The translations under genes and the position numbers were made by a program. A DNA stretch of 64,000 bases from Escherichia coli (lineage in GTDB: Bacteria; Pseudomonadota; Gammaproteobacteria; Enterobacterales; Enterobacteriaceae), in NCBI RefSeq assembly GCF_003334785.1, contig NZ_QOWV01000009.1; one strand, given 5' to 3'. Shown here piece by piece: positions 26,638 to 46,244 of the stretch. The notes under the pieces are model-generated. The model had not been told where the DNA came from. It did no database searches and saw nothing but the letters and a program-made list of their open reading frames with translations. Each line of letters opens with the position of its first letter. Position 1 is the first letter of the stretch.

Positions 26638-28338
26638 ATGCGATTGCTCAACCGTCTTAACCAGTATCAACGTCTGTGGCAACCTTCCGCCGGAAAGCCG
26701 CAAACCGTCACCGTCAGCGAACTGGCCGAACGCTGTTTTTGCAGCGAACGCCATGTTCGTACGCTGTTGCGTCAGGCACAGGAGGCGGGATGGCTGGAGT
26801 GGCAGGCGCAGTCAGGACGCGGAAAGCGCGGACAATTACGCTTTCTGGTCACGCCGGAATCGCTACGCAATGCGATGATGGAACAGGCACTGGAAACCGG
26901 AAAGCAGCAAGATGTGCTGGAGCTGGCGCAACTGGCCCCAGGTGAGCTGCGCACTCTGTTACAGCCGTTTATGGGCGGACAATGGCAAAACGATACACCC
27001 ACGTTGCGTATTCCCTACTATCGCCCGCTCGAACCGCTACAACCAGGCTTTTTGCCCGGCCGTGCCGAGCAGCATCTCGCCGGGCAGATATTTTCCGGCC
27101 TGACCCGCTTCGATAATAATACTCAGCGCCCGATTGGCGATTTAGCGCATCACTGGGAAACCTCTACTGACGGGTTACGCTGGGACTTTTATCTTCGTTC
27201 AACCCTACACTGGCATAACGGCGATGCAGTAAAAGCCTCACACTTACACCAGCGATTATTGATGCTGTTACAACTGCCAGCACTGGATCAATTATTTATT
27301 AGCGTGAAGCGTATTGAAGTCACCCATCCGCAGTGTCTGACCTTCTTTTTACATCGCCCTGATTACTGGCTTGCGCACCGGCTGGCGAGCTATTGCAGCC
27401 ATCTGGCGCATCCGCAATTCCCACTGATCGGCACGGGTCCTTTTCGCTTAACACAATTCACAGCAGAGCTGGTGCGCCTGGAAAGCCATGATTATTACCA
27501 TTTACGTCATCCGCTGCTTAAAGCGGTTGAGTACTGGATAACTCCGCCGCTTTTCGAAAAAGATTTGGGAACCAGTTGTCGGCATCCCGTGCAAATCACC
27601 ATCGGCAAACCGGAGGAGCTGCAACGGGTCAGCCAGGTCAGTAGCGGCATCAGTTTAGGTTTTTGCTATTTGACGTTGCGCAAAAGTCCCCGACTCTCCC
27701 TCTGGCAGGCGCGAAAAGTGATCTCCATTATTCATCAATCCGGTTTATTACAAACGTTAGAAGTCGGAGAAAACCTGATCACCGCCAGTCATGCATTACT
27801 GCCAGGCTGGACTATTCCGCATTGGCAGGTACCGGATGAAGTCAAACTACCGAAAACCTTGACGCTGGTTTATCACCTACCGATAGAACTTCATACCATG
27901 GCAGAACGCCTACAGGCGACACTGGCAGCGGAAGGCTGTGAACTCACAATTATTTTTCATAACGCAAAAAACTGGGACGACACGACCCTACAGGCACACG
28001 CAGACCTCATGATGGGCGACAGATTAATTGGCGAAGCACCGGAATATACTCTGGAGCAATGGCTGCGCTGCGATCCGCTGTGGCCACATGTTTTCGACGC
28101 TCCAGCATACGCACATCTACAATCGACACTGGATGCCGTGCAAATAATGCCTGATGAAGAAAACCGATTTAATGCCCTGAAAGCGGTTTTTAGCCAGTTA
28201 ATGACAGATGCGACGCTGACGCCGCTGTTCAACTATCACTATCGCATTAGTGCCCCTCCCGGCGTGAACGGTGTGCGACTGACACCGCGCGGCTGGTTTG
28301 AATTTACCGAAGCCTGGCTTCCCGCGCCATCGCAATGA
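26638..28338 (+). CDS. ybaE: SgrR-like protein with N-terminal HTH and solute-binding-protein-like domain (YbaE)
   Basis: Internal Met of ORF 26623..28338; 566 aa, MRLLNRLNQYQRLWQPSAGKPQTVTVSELAERCFCSERHVRTLLRQ... Confidence 0.88.
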   Translation: MRLLNRLNQYQRLWQPSAGKPQTVTVSELAERCFCSERHVRTLLRQAQEAGWLEWQAQSGRGKRGQLRFLVTPESLRNAMMEQALETGKQQDVLELAQLAPGELRTLLQPFMGGQWQNDTPTLRIPYYRPLEPLQPGFLPGRAEQHLAGQIFSGLTRFDNNTQRPIGDLAHHWETSTDGLRWDFYLRSTLHWHNGDAVKASHLHQRLLMLLQLPALDQLFISVKRIEVTHPQCLTFFLHRPDYWLAHRLASYCSHLAHPQFPLIGTGPFRLTQFTAELVRLESHDYYHLRHPLLKAVEYWITPPLFEKDLGTSCRHPVQITIGKPEELQRVSQVSSGISLGFCYLTLRKSPRLSLWQARKVISIIHQSGLLQTLEVGENLITASHALLPGWTIPHWQVPDEVKLPKTLTLVYHLPIELHTMAERLQATLAAEGCELTIIFHNAKNWDDTTLQAHADLMMGDRLIGEAPEYTLEQWLRCDPLWPHVFDAPAYAHLQSTLDAVQIMPDEENRFNALKAVFSQLMTDATLTPLFNYHYRISAPPGVNGVRLTPRGWFEFTEAWLPAPSQ

Positions 28339-28402
28339 ATAGCTGGTCCGGGTTAATCGCAGGCGTTACCATAACGCTTTTATTGTTCAAGCAGGATTAT
28401 CT

Positions 28403-29098
28403 ATGAAACGTGCTGTCGTTGTGTTCAGTGGAGGTCAGGATTCCACCACCTGTCTGGTGCAGGCATTACAACAATATGATGAAGTCCATTGCGTGACGTT
28501 CGATTACGGTCAGCGGCATCGCGCAGAAATCGACGTGGCACGCGAACTGGCGCTGAAACTGGGGGCACGCGCGCATAAGGTGCTGGATGTCACCCTGCTC
28601 AACGAGCTGGCGGTCAGTAGCCTGACGCGTGACAGCATTCCGGTGCCTGATTATGAACCTGAAGCCGATGGTATCCCGAATACGTTTGTCCCAGGGCGTA
28701 ATATTTTGTTCCTGACGCTGGCGGCAATATATGCGTATCAGGTAAAAGCAGAAGCCGTAATTACTGGCGTCTGCGAAACGGATTTCTCCGGCTACCCGGA
28801 TTGCCGCGATGAGTTTGTGAAAGCACTAAACCATGCCGTCAGTTTGGGCATGGCGAAAGATATTCGTTTTGAAACGCCGCTGATGTGGATTGATAAAGCG
28901 GAAACCTGGGCGCTGGCAGATTATTACGGCAAACTGGATTTAGTCCGTAACGAAACGTTGACCTGCTATAACGGCTTTAAAGGCGACGGTTGCGGTCATT
29001 GTGCGGCATGTAATTTACGCGCCAACGGTTTGAATCATTATCTGGCCGATAAACCGACGGTGATGGCTGCGATGAAGCAGAAAACCGGGTTGAGGTAA
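28403..29098 (+). CDS. queC: 7-cyano-7-deazaguanine synthase QueC
   Basis: ORF 28403..29098 (+), 231 aa, [18 protein letters not shown] (PP-loop SGGxDS), C-terminal Zn-binding cysteines CGHCAAC. Confidence 0.95.
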   Translation: MKRAVVVFSGGQDSTTCLVQALQQYDEVHCVTFDYGQRHRAEIDVARELALKLGARAHKVLDVTLLNELAVSSLTRDSIPVPDYEPEADGIPNTFVPGRNILFLTLAAIYAYQVKAEAVITGVCETDFSGYPDCRDEFVKALNHAVSLGMAKDIRFETPLMWIDKAETWALADYYGKLDLVRNETLTCYNGFKGDGCGHCAACNLRANGLNHYLADKPTVMAAMKQKTGLR

Positions 29099-29112
29099 TT
29101 ATTCCGGGTGTC

Positions 29113-29137
29113 GCCGGATGCGGCTTGAGCATCCGGC
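29113..29137. terminator. hairpin between convergent queC and fadM (REP-like GCCGGATGC arms)
   Basis: GCCGGATGC-GGCTTGA-GCATCCGGC perfect 9-bp inverted repeat. Confidence 0.55.
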
Positions 29138-29149
29138 ACCACAAAACGT

Positions 29150-29548
29150 TTACTTAACCATCTGCTCCAGCTTTTCGCGCAATTCCCCTTCCAGAGCTAA
29201 TGCTTTCTGCGTTTTAAGATCAATACAAACAAACGTAATAAGCGCATCCGCTACCACCTGCCCTTCCGGCTCCAGTGTAATGACCTGGCTTAAGATGCCG
29301 CTTTTACCGTTTAATTGCTGCAACTGACTGGTAATAGTTAACAGGTCACTTAATACCGCTGGGCGACGATAGTTAATATTGATATTGACCACGACGAAGG
29401 CGATGTTATGGGCCGTCATCCACTGAAAACTGTCGCTATTTTCCAACCCATCCCAGCGGGCTTCTTCGAGAAATTCAAGGTAGCGGGCGTTGTTGACGTG
29501 CTGGTAAACGTCGAGATGATATCCACGAACTTTGATTTGTGTTTGCAT
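29150..29548 (-). CDS. fadM: long-chain acyl-CoA thioesterase III FadM (YbaW)
   Basis: ORF 29150..29548 (-), 132 aa, MQTQIKVRGYHLDVYQHVNNARYLEFLEEARW (hotdog fold). Confidence 0.92.
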   Translation of the reverse strand: MQTQIKVRGYHLDVYQHVNNARYLEFLEEARWDGLENSDSFQWMTAHNIAFVVVNININYRRPAVLSDLLTITSQLQQLNGKSGILSQVITLEPEGQVVADALITFVCIDLKTQKALALEGELREKLEQMVK

Positions 29549-29589
29549 AGCGCAATAACCTTACGTTGTTGTTATAAGTACAGAGGTCA

Positions 29590-32035
<2,446 letters not shown>

Positions 32036-32226
32036 GGTGTAACAACACTCCGCTGTAGATGACTGTGTACCTCACGCAACGTATCGATGCGCGCAAAGGC
32101 CTATTGTGACAAGAAACGGGGGCAATTGTCAGCCCACAAGACGCAGAAAGTCACCGAATACAAATAAAAAAGGCACATCAGTAGATGCGCCCTTGAACTT
32201 CGTCACATCCCCACTGGGGACAACGC

Positions 32227-32499
32227 TTAGTTTACCGCGTCTTTCAGTGCTTTACCTGCACGGAAGCTCGGTACTTTAGCAGCAGCGATGGTGATCTCTT
32301 TACCGGTCTGCGGGTTGCGGCCAGTACGGGCAGCACGCTCTTTAACGGCAAAAGTACCAAAACCTACCAGTGCTACATCATCCCCTTCTTTCAGAGATTC
32401 AGTTACGGAAGCAATAATAGCATCTAACGCACGGCCAGCCGCAGCTTTAGAGATATCAGCCCCTGCAGCAATCTTGTCGATCAATTGAGATTTATTCAC
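32227..32499 (-). CDS. hupB: DNA-binding protein HU-beta
   Basis: ORF 32227..32499 (-), 90 aa, [69 protein letters not shown]... Confidence 0.97.
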
Positions 32500-32638
32500 T
32501 CTTCTCTTCCTCTTTATAATTTATATCGCACTTGAATCCTTCAAGGTACGAACGCGCAGCAGTTATATCAGGCCAGCCATCCCCTTACAACACCCCTTAA
32601 TAAGGGCAAGCCCGATCCGCCATCTAACTTAGCGAGAC

Positions 32639-32675
32639 AAAAAAAGGCTGGCAAGCCCGAATTAGCCTGCCAGCC
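32639..32675 (-). terminator. lon intrinsic terminator (hairpin plus T-tract on the minus strand)
   Basis: GGCTGGCA...TGCCAGCC inverted repeat at 32646-32675 preceded on the plus strand by AAAAAAA (U-tract for the minus-strand transcript), about 30 nt past the lon stop. Confidence 0.7.
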
Positions 32676-32707
32676 CTGTTTTTATTAGTGCATTTTGCGC
32701 GAGGTCA

Positions 32708-35062
32708 CTATTTTGCAGTCACAACCTGCATACCAGACGGTTCATTTTGCAGCGCCAGAGTCAGAACTTCCTCAATGCGCTTCACAGGATGAATGTCCAG
32801 ATCGGCAATTACGTTGTCAGGAATCTCTTCCAGATCGCGTTTATTTTCGAACGGAATTAGCACTGTTTTAATCCCGCCGCGATGCGCTGCCAGGAGTTTT
32901 TCTTTCAAACCACCGATCGGCAGTACCTGACCACGCAGAGTGATCTCACCGGTCATTGCCACATCGGCACGAACCGGGTTACCGGTCAGGCAAGAAACCA
33001 GCGCGGTGCACATAGCAATACCGGCACTCGGACCATCTTTCGGCGTCGCACCTTCCGGTACGTGGACGTGGATGTCACGTTTTTCGTAAAAATCAGGGTT
33101 GATCCCCAGTTTTTCCGCACGCGCACGAACCACCGTTAACGCCGCCTGAATGGACTCCTGCATCACTTCGCCGAGCGAACCGGTATAGGTCAGTTTGCCT
33201 TTACCCGGAACACATGCGGTTTCAATGGTCAGCAAGTCACCGCCCACTTCCGTCCACGCCAGACCGGTTACCTGACCGACACGGTTTTCGTTATCCGCGC
33301 GACCATAGTCGAAACGCTGAACACCGAGATAGTCATGCAGGTTATCGCCGTTAATTTCGATATGTTTTAATGACTTATCGAGCAGTAACTGCTTAACCGC
33401 TTTGCGACACAGTTTGGAGATTTCACGCTCCAGACCACGCACGCCCGCCTCACGGGTGTAGTAACGAATAATGCCGATAATGGCGCTATCGTCGACGGTC
33501 AGCTCACCTTTTTTCAGTGCATTACGTTCAATCTGCTTCGGCAGCAGGTGACGTTTGGCGATGTTCAGTTTTTCATCTTCGGTATAACCGGAGAGGCGAA
33601 TCACTTCCATACGATCCAGCAGCGGTGCCGGAATGTTCATGGAGTTCGACGTCGCGACAAACATCACGTCGCTGAGATCGTAATCCACTTCCAGGTAGTG
33701 GTCGCTGAACGCTACGTTCTGCTCTGGATCCAGCACTTCAAGCAGTGCAGAGGCCGGATCGCCACGCATGTCAGAAGACATTTTGTCGATCTCATCGAGC
33801 AGGAACAGCGGGTTTTTCACGCCCACTTTCGCCATTTTCTGGATCAGTTTACCCGGCATAGAACCGATGTAAGTACGGCGGTGACCACGGATTTCCGCTT
33901 CATCACGCACGCCGCCCAGCGCCATACGGACATATTTACGCCCGGTGGCTTTGGCAATGGACTGACCAAGAGAGGTTTTACCTACCCCCGGCGGCCCTAC
34001 CAGGCAGAGGATCGGTCCCTTGATTTTGTTGACACGGCTTTGAACCGCAAGATACTCAAGGATTCGATCTTTCACGCGCTCCAGACCATAATGGTCGGTA
34101 TCAAGGATTTCCTGCGCCTGACGCAGGTCTTTTTTGACCTTGCTACGCGCATTCCACGGCACCTGTACCATCCAGTCGATATAACCACGCACTACGGTCG
34201 CTTCTGCCGACATCGGAGACATCATTTTCAGCTTCTGCAACTCTGCTTCCGCTTTCTCTTTTGCCTCTTTCGGCATCTTCGCCGCGTCGATTTTGCGCTT
34301 CAGGGCTTCGTTTTCGTCCGGCGCGTCGTCCATTTCACCGAGTTCTTTCTGAATAGCTTTCATTTGCTCGTTCAGATAGTACTCACGCTGGGATTTCTCC
34401 ATCTGCTTTTTAACGCGGTTGCGAATGCGTTTCTCAACCTGCAGCAGATCGATTTCCGATTCCATCATTGCCATCAGATATTCCAGACGTTCGTTAACGT
34501 CGGACATCTCCAGAACAGACTGTTTGTCAGCCAGTTTCAGCGGCATATGTGCAGCAATGGTATCCGCCAGACGCGCCGGATCGTCGATGCTATTCAGCGA
34601 CGTCAGCACTTCTGGTGGGATTTTTTTGTTCAGCTTGATGTAGCCTTCGAACTGGCTGATTGCAGTACGCACCAGCACTTCCTGTTCCCGCTCATCAATG
34701 GTCGGCGACTCCAGATACTCCGCCTTCGCAGAAAAGTGTTCGCCATTGTCAGAGAGCGCAGAAATACGCGCGCGCTGTAACCCCTCGACCAGCACTTTGA
34801 CGGTGCCGTCAGGCAGTTTCAGCATCTGCAATATAGAGGCCACGGTCCCGACGGTGAAAAGATCGTTTACACCCGGCTCATCCGTTGAAGCTTCTTTCTG
34901 CGCGACCAGCATAATTTTTTTATCATGGTCCATCGCCGCTTCCAGACAACGGATAGATTTTTCCCGCCCGACAAATAAGGGGATGACCATGTGCGGATAA
35001 ACCACCACATCGCGCAGCGGCAATACGGGGATTTCAATGCGTTCAGAACGCTCAGGATTCAT
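32708..35062 (-). CDS. lon: ATP-dependent protease Lon
   Basis: Internal Met of ORF 32708..35107; 784 aa, [37 protein letters not shown]...; Walker [10 protein letters not shown]; catalytic Ser in PKDGPSAG. Confidence 0.97.
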   Translation of the reverse strand: MNPERSERIEIPVLPLRDVVVYPHMVIPLFVGREKSIRCLEAAMDHDKKIMLVAQKEASTDEPGVNDLFTVGTVASILQMLKLPDGTVKVLVEGLQRARISALSDNGEHFSAKAEYLESPTIDEREQEVLVRTAISQFEGYIKLNKKIPPEVLTSLNSIDDPARLADTIAAHMPLKLADKQSVLEMSDVNERLEYLMAMMESEIDLLQVEKRIRNRVKKQMEKSQREYYLNEQMKAIQKELGEMDDAPDENEALKRKIDAAKMPKEAKEKAEAELQKLKMMSPMSAEATVVRGYIDWMVQVPWNARSKVKKDLRQAQEILDTDHYGLERVKDRILEYLAVQSRVNKIKGPILCLVGPPGVGKTSLGQSIAKATGRKYVRMALGGVRDEAEIRGHRRTYIGSMPGKLIQKMAKVGVKNPLFLLDEIDKMSSDMRGDPASALLEVLDPEQNVAFSDHYLEVDYDLSDVMFVATSNSMNIPAPLLDRMEVIRLSGYTEDEKLNIAKRHLLPKQIERNALKKGELTVDDSAIIGIIRYYTREAGVRGLEREISKLCRKAVKQLLLDKSLKHIEINGDNLHDYLGVQRFDYGRADNENRVGQVTGLAWTEVGGDLLTIETACVPGKGKLTYTGSLGEVMQESIQAALTVVRARAEKLGINPDFYEKRDIHVHVPEGATPKDGPSAGIAMCTALVSCLTGNPVRADVAMTGEITLRGQVLPIGGLKEKLLAAHRGGIKTVLIPFENKRDLEEIPDNVIADLDIHPVKRIEEVLTLALQNEPSGMQVVTAK

Positions 35063-35144
35063 AGAGCTCTCTCTTAGTTTAATTTCCGCCAGGTAATCAG
35101 ATGACACGACTGTGCTTCACGCCATCTATTAACATGTACGTCAG

Positions 35145-35180
35145 TATATGGGGATGTTTCCCCCACATTCAACGCCGAGA
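35145..35180 (-). promoter_or_regulatory. sigma-32 heat-shock promoter of lon
   Basis: Minus strand reads TCTCGGCGTTGAA - 14 nt - CCCCATATA, matching the sigma-32 -35 (CTTGAA) and -10 (CCCCATnT) consensus, about 80 nt upstream of the lon ATG. Confidence 0.75.
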
Positions 35181-35249
35181 ATAGAGGAAAAATTAAAGGG
35201 GAGATAAAATCCCCCCTTTTTGGTTAACTAATTGTATGGGAATGGTTAA

Positions 35250-36524
35250 TTATTCACCAGATGCCTGTTGCGCTTCCGGCTTGCCATAAATCAGCAACGG
35301 TTTGCTTTGACCATCAATTACCGACTCGTCGATAACCACTTTTTCGACGTCTTCCATGGACGGCAGATCGTACATGGTATCGAGCAGTGCGGCTTCTACG
35401 ATGGAACGCAGGCCACGGGCACCGGTTTTACGCGCCATCGCTTTCTTAGCGATAGCATCCAGCGCCTCGTCACGGAATTCCAGATCCACGCCTTCCAGAT
35501 TAAACAGCGCCTGATACTGCTTGGTCAGGGCGTTTTTCGGCTCTTTGAGGATCTGAATCAGAGCTTCTTCGCTCAGTTCATTCAACGTTGCGACAACCGG
35601 CAGACGACCAATAAACTCAGGGATAAGACCAAACTTGATCAGATCTTCCGGTTCAACCTGCGCCAGCAGCTCGCCTTCGCTTGCTTTGTCGGACTTCGCT
35701 TTTACCGTCGCGCCAAAACCAATGCCGGAGCCGGTTTCTACACGGTGGGAAATCACTTTATCCAGACCGGCAAACGCACCGCCACAAATAAACAGGATCT
35801 TAGAGGTATCAACCTGCAAGAATTCCTGCTGCGGATGTTTACGCCCACCTTGCGGTGGAACAGCAGCTACCGTACCTTCGATCAGTTTCAACAGTGCCTG
35901 CTGTACGCCTTCACCGGAAACGTCTCGGGTAATGGACGGGTTGTCTGACTTACGAGAAATCTTGTCGATTTCATCGATGTAGACAATACCACGCTGTGCT
36001 TTCTGGACATCGTAGTCGCATTTCTGCAACAGCTTCTGAATGATGTTTTCAACGTCTTCACCCACATAACCGGCTTCGGTCAGTGTAGTCGCGTCGGCCA
36101 TGGTGAACGGAACATCCAGCAGGCGCGCCAGCGTTTCAGCCAGCAGCGTTTTACCGGAACCGGTCGGACCGATCAGCAGAATGTTACTTTTGCCCAACTC
36201 GACGCCATTGCTGGTATCGCCGTTGCGCAGACGTTTGTAATGGTTGTATACCGCGACCGCCAGCACTTTTTTCGCCTGTTCCTGGCCGATAACGTAATCG
36301 TCCAGGTGGTTGCGAATTTCATGCGGCGTCGGTAGCGCACTGCGTTCACGATGCGGTGCAACTTCTTTAATCTCTTCGCGAATGATGTCGTTACATAAAT
36401 CAACACATTCGTCGCAGATATACACGGATGGACCGGCAATCAGCTTGCGCACTTCATGCTGGCTTTTGCCGCAAAAAGAGCAATACAGCAATTTGCCTGA
36501 GCCATCTTTGCGTTTATCTGTCAT
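35250..36524 (-). CDS. clpX: ATP-dependent Clp protease ATP-binding subunit ClpX
   Basis: ORF 35250..36524 (-), 424 aa; zinc-binding CSFCGK...CDEC; Walker A GPTGSGKT. Confidence 0.97.
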
Positions 36525-36649
36525 GGGTCAAAACCTCTTCTTTGTTCTTTGTGCCGCACACGACGACGCAAATGCCATTCTCAGGCGCAAGCCGCTTACA
36601 GCGTTGTGCCGCCCTGGATAAGTATAGCGGCACAGTTGCGCCTCTGGCA

Positions 36650-37273
36650 TCAATTACGATGGGTCAGAATCGAATCGACCAGACCGTATTCCACCGCTTC
36701 AGGGGCGGAAAGGAAGCGATCGCGCTCGGTATCACGTTCAATCTGTTCTAATGATTGACCCGTATGAAGCGCCATAAGTTCATTCATGCGCCCTTTAACT
36801 TTCAGAATTTCACGGGCATGAATTTCGATATCGGTCGCCTGGCCCTGGTAGCCGCCCAACGGTTGGTGAATCATCACGCGCGAATTCGGCAGGCAAAAAC
36901 GTTTACCTTTTGCCCCTGCGGTCAGCAAGAAAGCGCCCATCGAGGCCGCCTGGCCCATACAGATGGTGCTGACATCAGGCTTGATAAACTGCATGGTGTC
37001 ATAGATAGACATCCCGGCAGTGATCACCCCGCCTGGGGAGTTAATGTACAGATAGATATCTTTTTCTGGGTTTTCCGCTTCCAGGAACAGCATCTGCGCC
37101 ACAATCAGGTTAGCCATGTGGTCTTCAACCTGGCCAGTCAGAAAAATGACGCGTTCCTTAAGTAGACGAGAATAGATATCAAAAGAGCGCTCACCGCGTG
37201 AGGTCTGTTCAATGACCATCGGCACCAGCGCCATATGGGGTGCAAAGTTATCTCGTTCGCCGCTGTATGACAT
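36650..37273 (-). CDS. clpP: ATP-dependent Clp protease proteolytic subunit ClpP
   Basis: ORF 36650..37273 (-), 207 aa, [38 protein letters not shown]...; active-site GQAASMG. Confidence 0.97.
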   Translation of the reverse strand: MSYSGERDNFAPHMALVPMVIEQTSRGERSFDIYSRLLKERVIFLTGQVEDHMANLIVAQMLFLEAENPEKDIYLYINSPGGVITAGMSIYDTMQFIKPDVSTICMGQAASMGAFLLTAGAKGKRFCLPNSRVMIHQPLGGYQGQATDIEIHAREILKVKGRMNELMALHTGQSLEQIERDTERDRFLSAPEAVEYGLVDSILTHRN

Positions 37274-37350
37274 TTCCGTCTCCTGGATAAAATTGAAAAA
37301 ACCTGCTGTACCGATTGTAACCTTATGGACGGATTATCAGCTAGTCCCTG

Positions 37351-37381
37351 TGTTATGGGTACGGCATCACCATATTTCAAG
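37351..37381 (-). promoter_or_regulatory. putative sigma-32 heat-shock promoter of clpP
   Basis: Minus strand reads CTTGAAA ... CCCATAAC with appropriate spacing upstream of clpP; weaker match than the lon promoter. Confidence 0.5.
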
Positions 37382-37452
37382 CATAACAATCTTTTGTTGT
37401 TACGCTAACACCGAAAGAGGCTTTTCGCACGGTTCCATGCAAAATTCATGAC

Positions 37453-37484
37453 AAAAAAAAGCCCACCACCTGGCGGTGACGGGC
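37453..37484 (-). terminator. tig intrinsic terminator
   Basis: GCCCGTCACCGCCAGGTGGTGGGC hairpin followed on the minus strand by TTTTTTTT (plus-strand AAAAAAAA at 37453-37460), about 35 nt past the tig stop. Confidence 0.75.
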
Positions 37485-37518
37485 CTTTGTGCGAATTTAG
37501 CGCGTTATGCTGCGTAAA

Positions 37519-38826
<1,308 letters not shown>

Positions 38827-39160
38827 TCAAAAAATCACAGTGCTCGGTCAACTCTTACCCCGCAAGCACAGGTTGTTGGCTTCGCGGAACCGGGATGTTC
38901 TTATAATCAATCACATTCCCTGTTACCAGAATCATCCCGAAAGCATTCAAATAGGACGCGGCATTATAGCGGCATCACTTTTATGAGTCGAGAACGGTTA
39001 TTGCGCGCTGTCGCGTATTTTTTCACAATTCCCGGGCAATTTTCGTCTGAATGCTGGGCAAAAAGCGCAAAATCCAGACAAAACAAAACGGCCCGCAGGC
39101 CGTTTTTCATAAAATCTTTAGCAACATACTGGAAAAGCGCCGACAGTTGCAAATGCGTTT

Positions 39161-39478
39161 TTACGCGATGCTTCCTGCTCCACGACAGGGAGGAGAGGCA
39201 AAGACGGTGTCCTGCAACCCTTCCCACTCCTTAATAGTGTAAGTATGCAGAGCCAGCGCATGAACGGTAGTAGAGAGTTCCTCCGCTAAAGTACTGTAAA
39301 TCATTCGATGACGATTCAGAAAACGTTCACCCGTAAAACGATCGCTGACCAGCACAACTTTAAAATGGCTTTCAGAGCCGGCTGGGACATTGTGACGATA
39401 GCTTTCATCCACTACTTCGAGGAATACGGGTTGGAACGCCGCCCTTAATTTTTCTTCTATCCGCTCACGTATCATCAT
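39161..39478 (-). CDS. bolA: stress-response/morphogene regulator BolA
   Basis: Internal Met of ORF 39161..39511; 105 aa, [51 protein letters not shown]... Confidence 0.92.
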
Positions 39479-39782
39479 GAAATATCTCCTCCGACAACGC
39501 TGAGATGTCATCCATCCCTTTAAATACTAGCCGCTTTTACCGTTTCCATTGCAGCTTAACAACAAATATTTAGGTTTCGTCCTGGTTTTTCCGTCAAGCG
39601 TATGAAGTTTACTGATTTAAAGATTGAAACACAGGCCTCGCATCAGTGTTTCTTTTACCAGGGGCGATTATTTCGTCAACATGATGAATTTACATGCCTT
39701 ACCCACTTCCCCTCGCCGTTGGCAATGTTATGATGGCGGGAATTTTTACCAAACACGCTTAAGAGTCTCTGAGAGCCCGAAC

Positions 39783-40361
39783 ATGTTCAAAAAAATCCTC
39801 TTCCCGTTAGTTGCTCTGTTTATGCTTGCAGGATGCGCAAAACCGCCAACAACTATTGAAGTTTCCCCGACGATTACACTGCCACAGCAGGATCCAAGCC
39901 TGATGGGCGTCACCGTAAGCATTAATGGTGCCGATCAGCGTACCGATCAGGCGCTGGCAAAAGTCACCCGCGATAATCAAATCGTTACCCTGACCGCCTC
40001 CCGCGATCTGCGTTTCCTGCTGCAAGAAGTGCTGGAAAAACAGATGACCGCGCGTGGTTACATGGTTGGTCCGAATGGCCCGGTTAATCTGCAAATCATC
40101 GTTAGCCAACTGTATGCTGACGTGTCCCAGGGCAACGTGCGCTACAACATCGCGACCAAAGCGGATATCGCCATCATCGCTACCGCGCAGAATGGCAACA
40201 AAATGACCAAAAACTATCGTGCCAGCTACAACGTTGAAGGTGCGTTCCAGGCCTCCAACAAAAATATCGCCGATGCGGTTAACAGTGTGCTGACCGATAC
40301 CATCGCTGATATGTCTCAGGACACCAGCATCCACGAATTCATCAAGCAGAACGCGCGTTAA
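39783..40361 (+). CDS. yajG: lipoprotein YajG
   Basis: Internal Met of ORF 39624..40361; 192 aa, MFKKILFPLVALFMLAGCAKPP (lipobox). Confidence 0.88.
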   Translation: MFKKILFPLVALFMLAGCAKPPTTIEVSPTITLPQQDPSLMGVTVSINGADQRTDQALAKVTRDNQIVTLTASRDLRFLLQEVLEKQMTARGYMVGPNGPVNLQIIVSQLYADVSQGNVRYNIATKADIAIIATAQNGNKMTKNYRASYNVEGAFQASNKNIADAVNSVLTDTIADMSQDTSIHEFIKQNAR

Positions 40362-40404
40362 TTTCTGCCCTCTGGCCCGGTGCAAGCCGGGCCTGTAGAC
40401 GCCC

Positions 40405-41880
40405 ATGTCCAGTCAATATTTACGTATTTTTCAACAGCCGCGTTCAGCCATATTGCTGATCCTGGGTTTTGCTTCCGGGCTACCGCTCGCCCTGACATCC
40501 GGTACCTTACAGGCCTGGATGACGGTCGAGAATATTGATCTCAAAACCATTGGTTTCTTCTCTCTGGTAGGCCAGGCTTACGTTTTTAAATTCCTCTGGT
40601 CACCGCTGATGGACCGCTACACGCCTCCATTTTTTGGGCGGCGACGCGGTTGGCTGCTCGCCACGCAAATCCTGTTATTAGTCGCCATTGCGGCGATGGG
40701 TTTTCTCGAACCAGGCACCCAACTCCGCTGGATGGCGGCGCTGGCGGTGGTGATCGCTTTTTGCTCTGCCTCCCAGGATATTGTCTTCGATGCGTGGAAA
40801 ACCGATGTGCTCCCGGCAGAAGAACGTGGTGCGGGCGCGGCAATCAGCGTTCTGGGTTACCGTTTAGGGATGCTGGTTTCCGGCGGCCTAGCCCTGTGGC
40901 TGGCAGATAAATGGCTGGGCTGGCAGGGCATGTACTGGTTGATGGCGGCGCTGTTGATCCCCTGTATTATCGCGACGTTGCTTGCACCAGAACCGACCGA
41001 CACCATTCCTGTGCCAAAAACGCTGGAACAAGCGGTTGTTGCACCTCTGCGAGATTTCTTTGGTCGCAATAATGCCTGGCTTATTTTGCTTCTTATCGTG
41101 CTGTATAAGCTGGGCGACGCATTCGCCATGAGCCTGACAACCACGTTTTTGATTCGCGGCGTCGGGTTTGATGCGGGTGAAGTAGGCGTGGTTAACAAAA
41201 CGCTTGGCTTACTAGCGACCATTGTTGGCGCATTGTACGGTGGGATTTTGATGCAGCGCCTGTCACTGTTCCGGGCACTGCTGATTTTCGGCATTTTACA
41301 AGGTGCGTCTAACGCCGGTTACTGGCTGCTGTCGATTACTGATAAGCATCTCTACAGCATGGGCGCAGCCGTCTTTTTCGAAAACCTCTGTGGCGGGATG
41401 GGCACATCAGCCTTTGTCGCGCTGTTAATGACGCTATGTAATAAGTCATTTTCCGCTACTCAATTTGCCCTGCTCTCAGCGCTTTCTGCTGTAGGGCGAG
41501 TTTATGTCGGCCCCGTGGCGGGTTGGTTTGTTGAAGCACACGGCTGGTCGACATTCTATCTATTCTCCGTCGCCGCTGCCGTACCAGGGCTTATTTTGCT
41601 GCTGGTTTGCCGCCAGACGCTTGAATATACACGAGTAAATGACAACTTTATCTCCCGTACCGCATATCCGGCAGGTTATGCCTTTGCCATGTGGACACTG
41701 GCGGCGGGCGTCAGCCTGTTGGCCGTGTGGTTACTGCTATTGACGATGGACGCGCTGGATTTGACGCACTTCTCTTTCCTGCCTGCTCTGCTGGAAGTCG
41801 GGGTTTTAGTCGCCCTTTCTGGCGTCGTGCTTGGTGGTTTGCTGGATTATCTGGCGCTACGAAAAACGCATCTGACGTAA
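40405..41880 (+). CDS. ampG: muropeptide (anhydromuropeptide) permease AmpG, MFS
   Basis: ORF 40405..41880 (+), 491 aa, polytopic MFS transporter. Confidence 0.95.
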   Translation: MSSQYLRIFQQPRSAILLILGFASGLPLALTSGTLQAWMTVENIDLKTIGFFSLVGQAYVFKFLWSPLMDRYTPPFFGRRRGWLLATQILLLVAIAAMGFLEPGTQLRWMAALAVVIAFCSASQDIVFDAWKTDVLPAEERGAGAAISVLGYRLGMLVSGGLALWLADKWLGWQGMYWLMAALLIPCIIATLLAPEPTDTIPVPKTLEQAVVAPLRDFFGRNNAWLILLLIVLYKLGDAFAMSLTTTFLIRGVGFDAGEVGVVNKTLGLLATIVGALYGGILMQRLSLFRALLIFGILQGASNAGYWLLSITDKHLYSMGAAVFFENLCGGMGTSAFVALLMTLCNKSFSATQFALLSALSAVGRVYVGPVAGWFVEAHGWSTFYLFSVAAAVPGLILLLVCRQTLEYTRVNDNFISRTAYPAGYAFAMWTLAAGVSLLAVWLLLLTMDALDLTHFSFLPALLEVGVLVALSGVVLGGLLDYLALRKTHLT

Positions 41881-42336
41881 TCTGTAAATATTATTTAGCT
41901 GTAGTAATCACTCGCCGTAATTATTACGGCTAAATAAACATCAGTATCGCTTATTAATATTTGTTCTTTTGTGCGGCTTAGCGTTTGGAAATTATTGGCG
42001 CCATTTATAAATTCTATTTTTCTTACACGATTCAGCTAATGAGTCTTTATTTTCTCATCACCCAGTTGTCACTCTAATGATAATTATTTGTTAAATAATT
42101 GTTTTATTTCACATTGGTTATACCAATTGCCCGCCCAGACTCCTTCAGCACTCCCCTTTTGTTATAACGCCCTTTTGCAACAGCTTCTTAAAATCAACCT
42201 GATATGTTTTGCAACATATGTGACCTGGCAGCCAAATCCAAGTAACAGGAATTTAATCATGTTTACAGTAATGTAACCTTCCCGTAAAATGCCCACACAC
42301 TTTAAACGCCACCAGATCCCGTGGAATTGAGGTCGT

Positions 42337-43287
<951 letters not shown>

Positions 43288-43296
43288 AGGGGTTGA

Positions 43297-46233
<2,937 letters not shown>

Positions 46234-46244
46234 GAGCGGCGGTT

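Noticed and set aside
42088-42276. 62-aa ORF in the ampG-cyoA intergenic region
   Set aside because: TTG start, no evident ribosome-binding site, AT-rich promoter DNA, low-complexity product; most likely noise.
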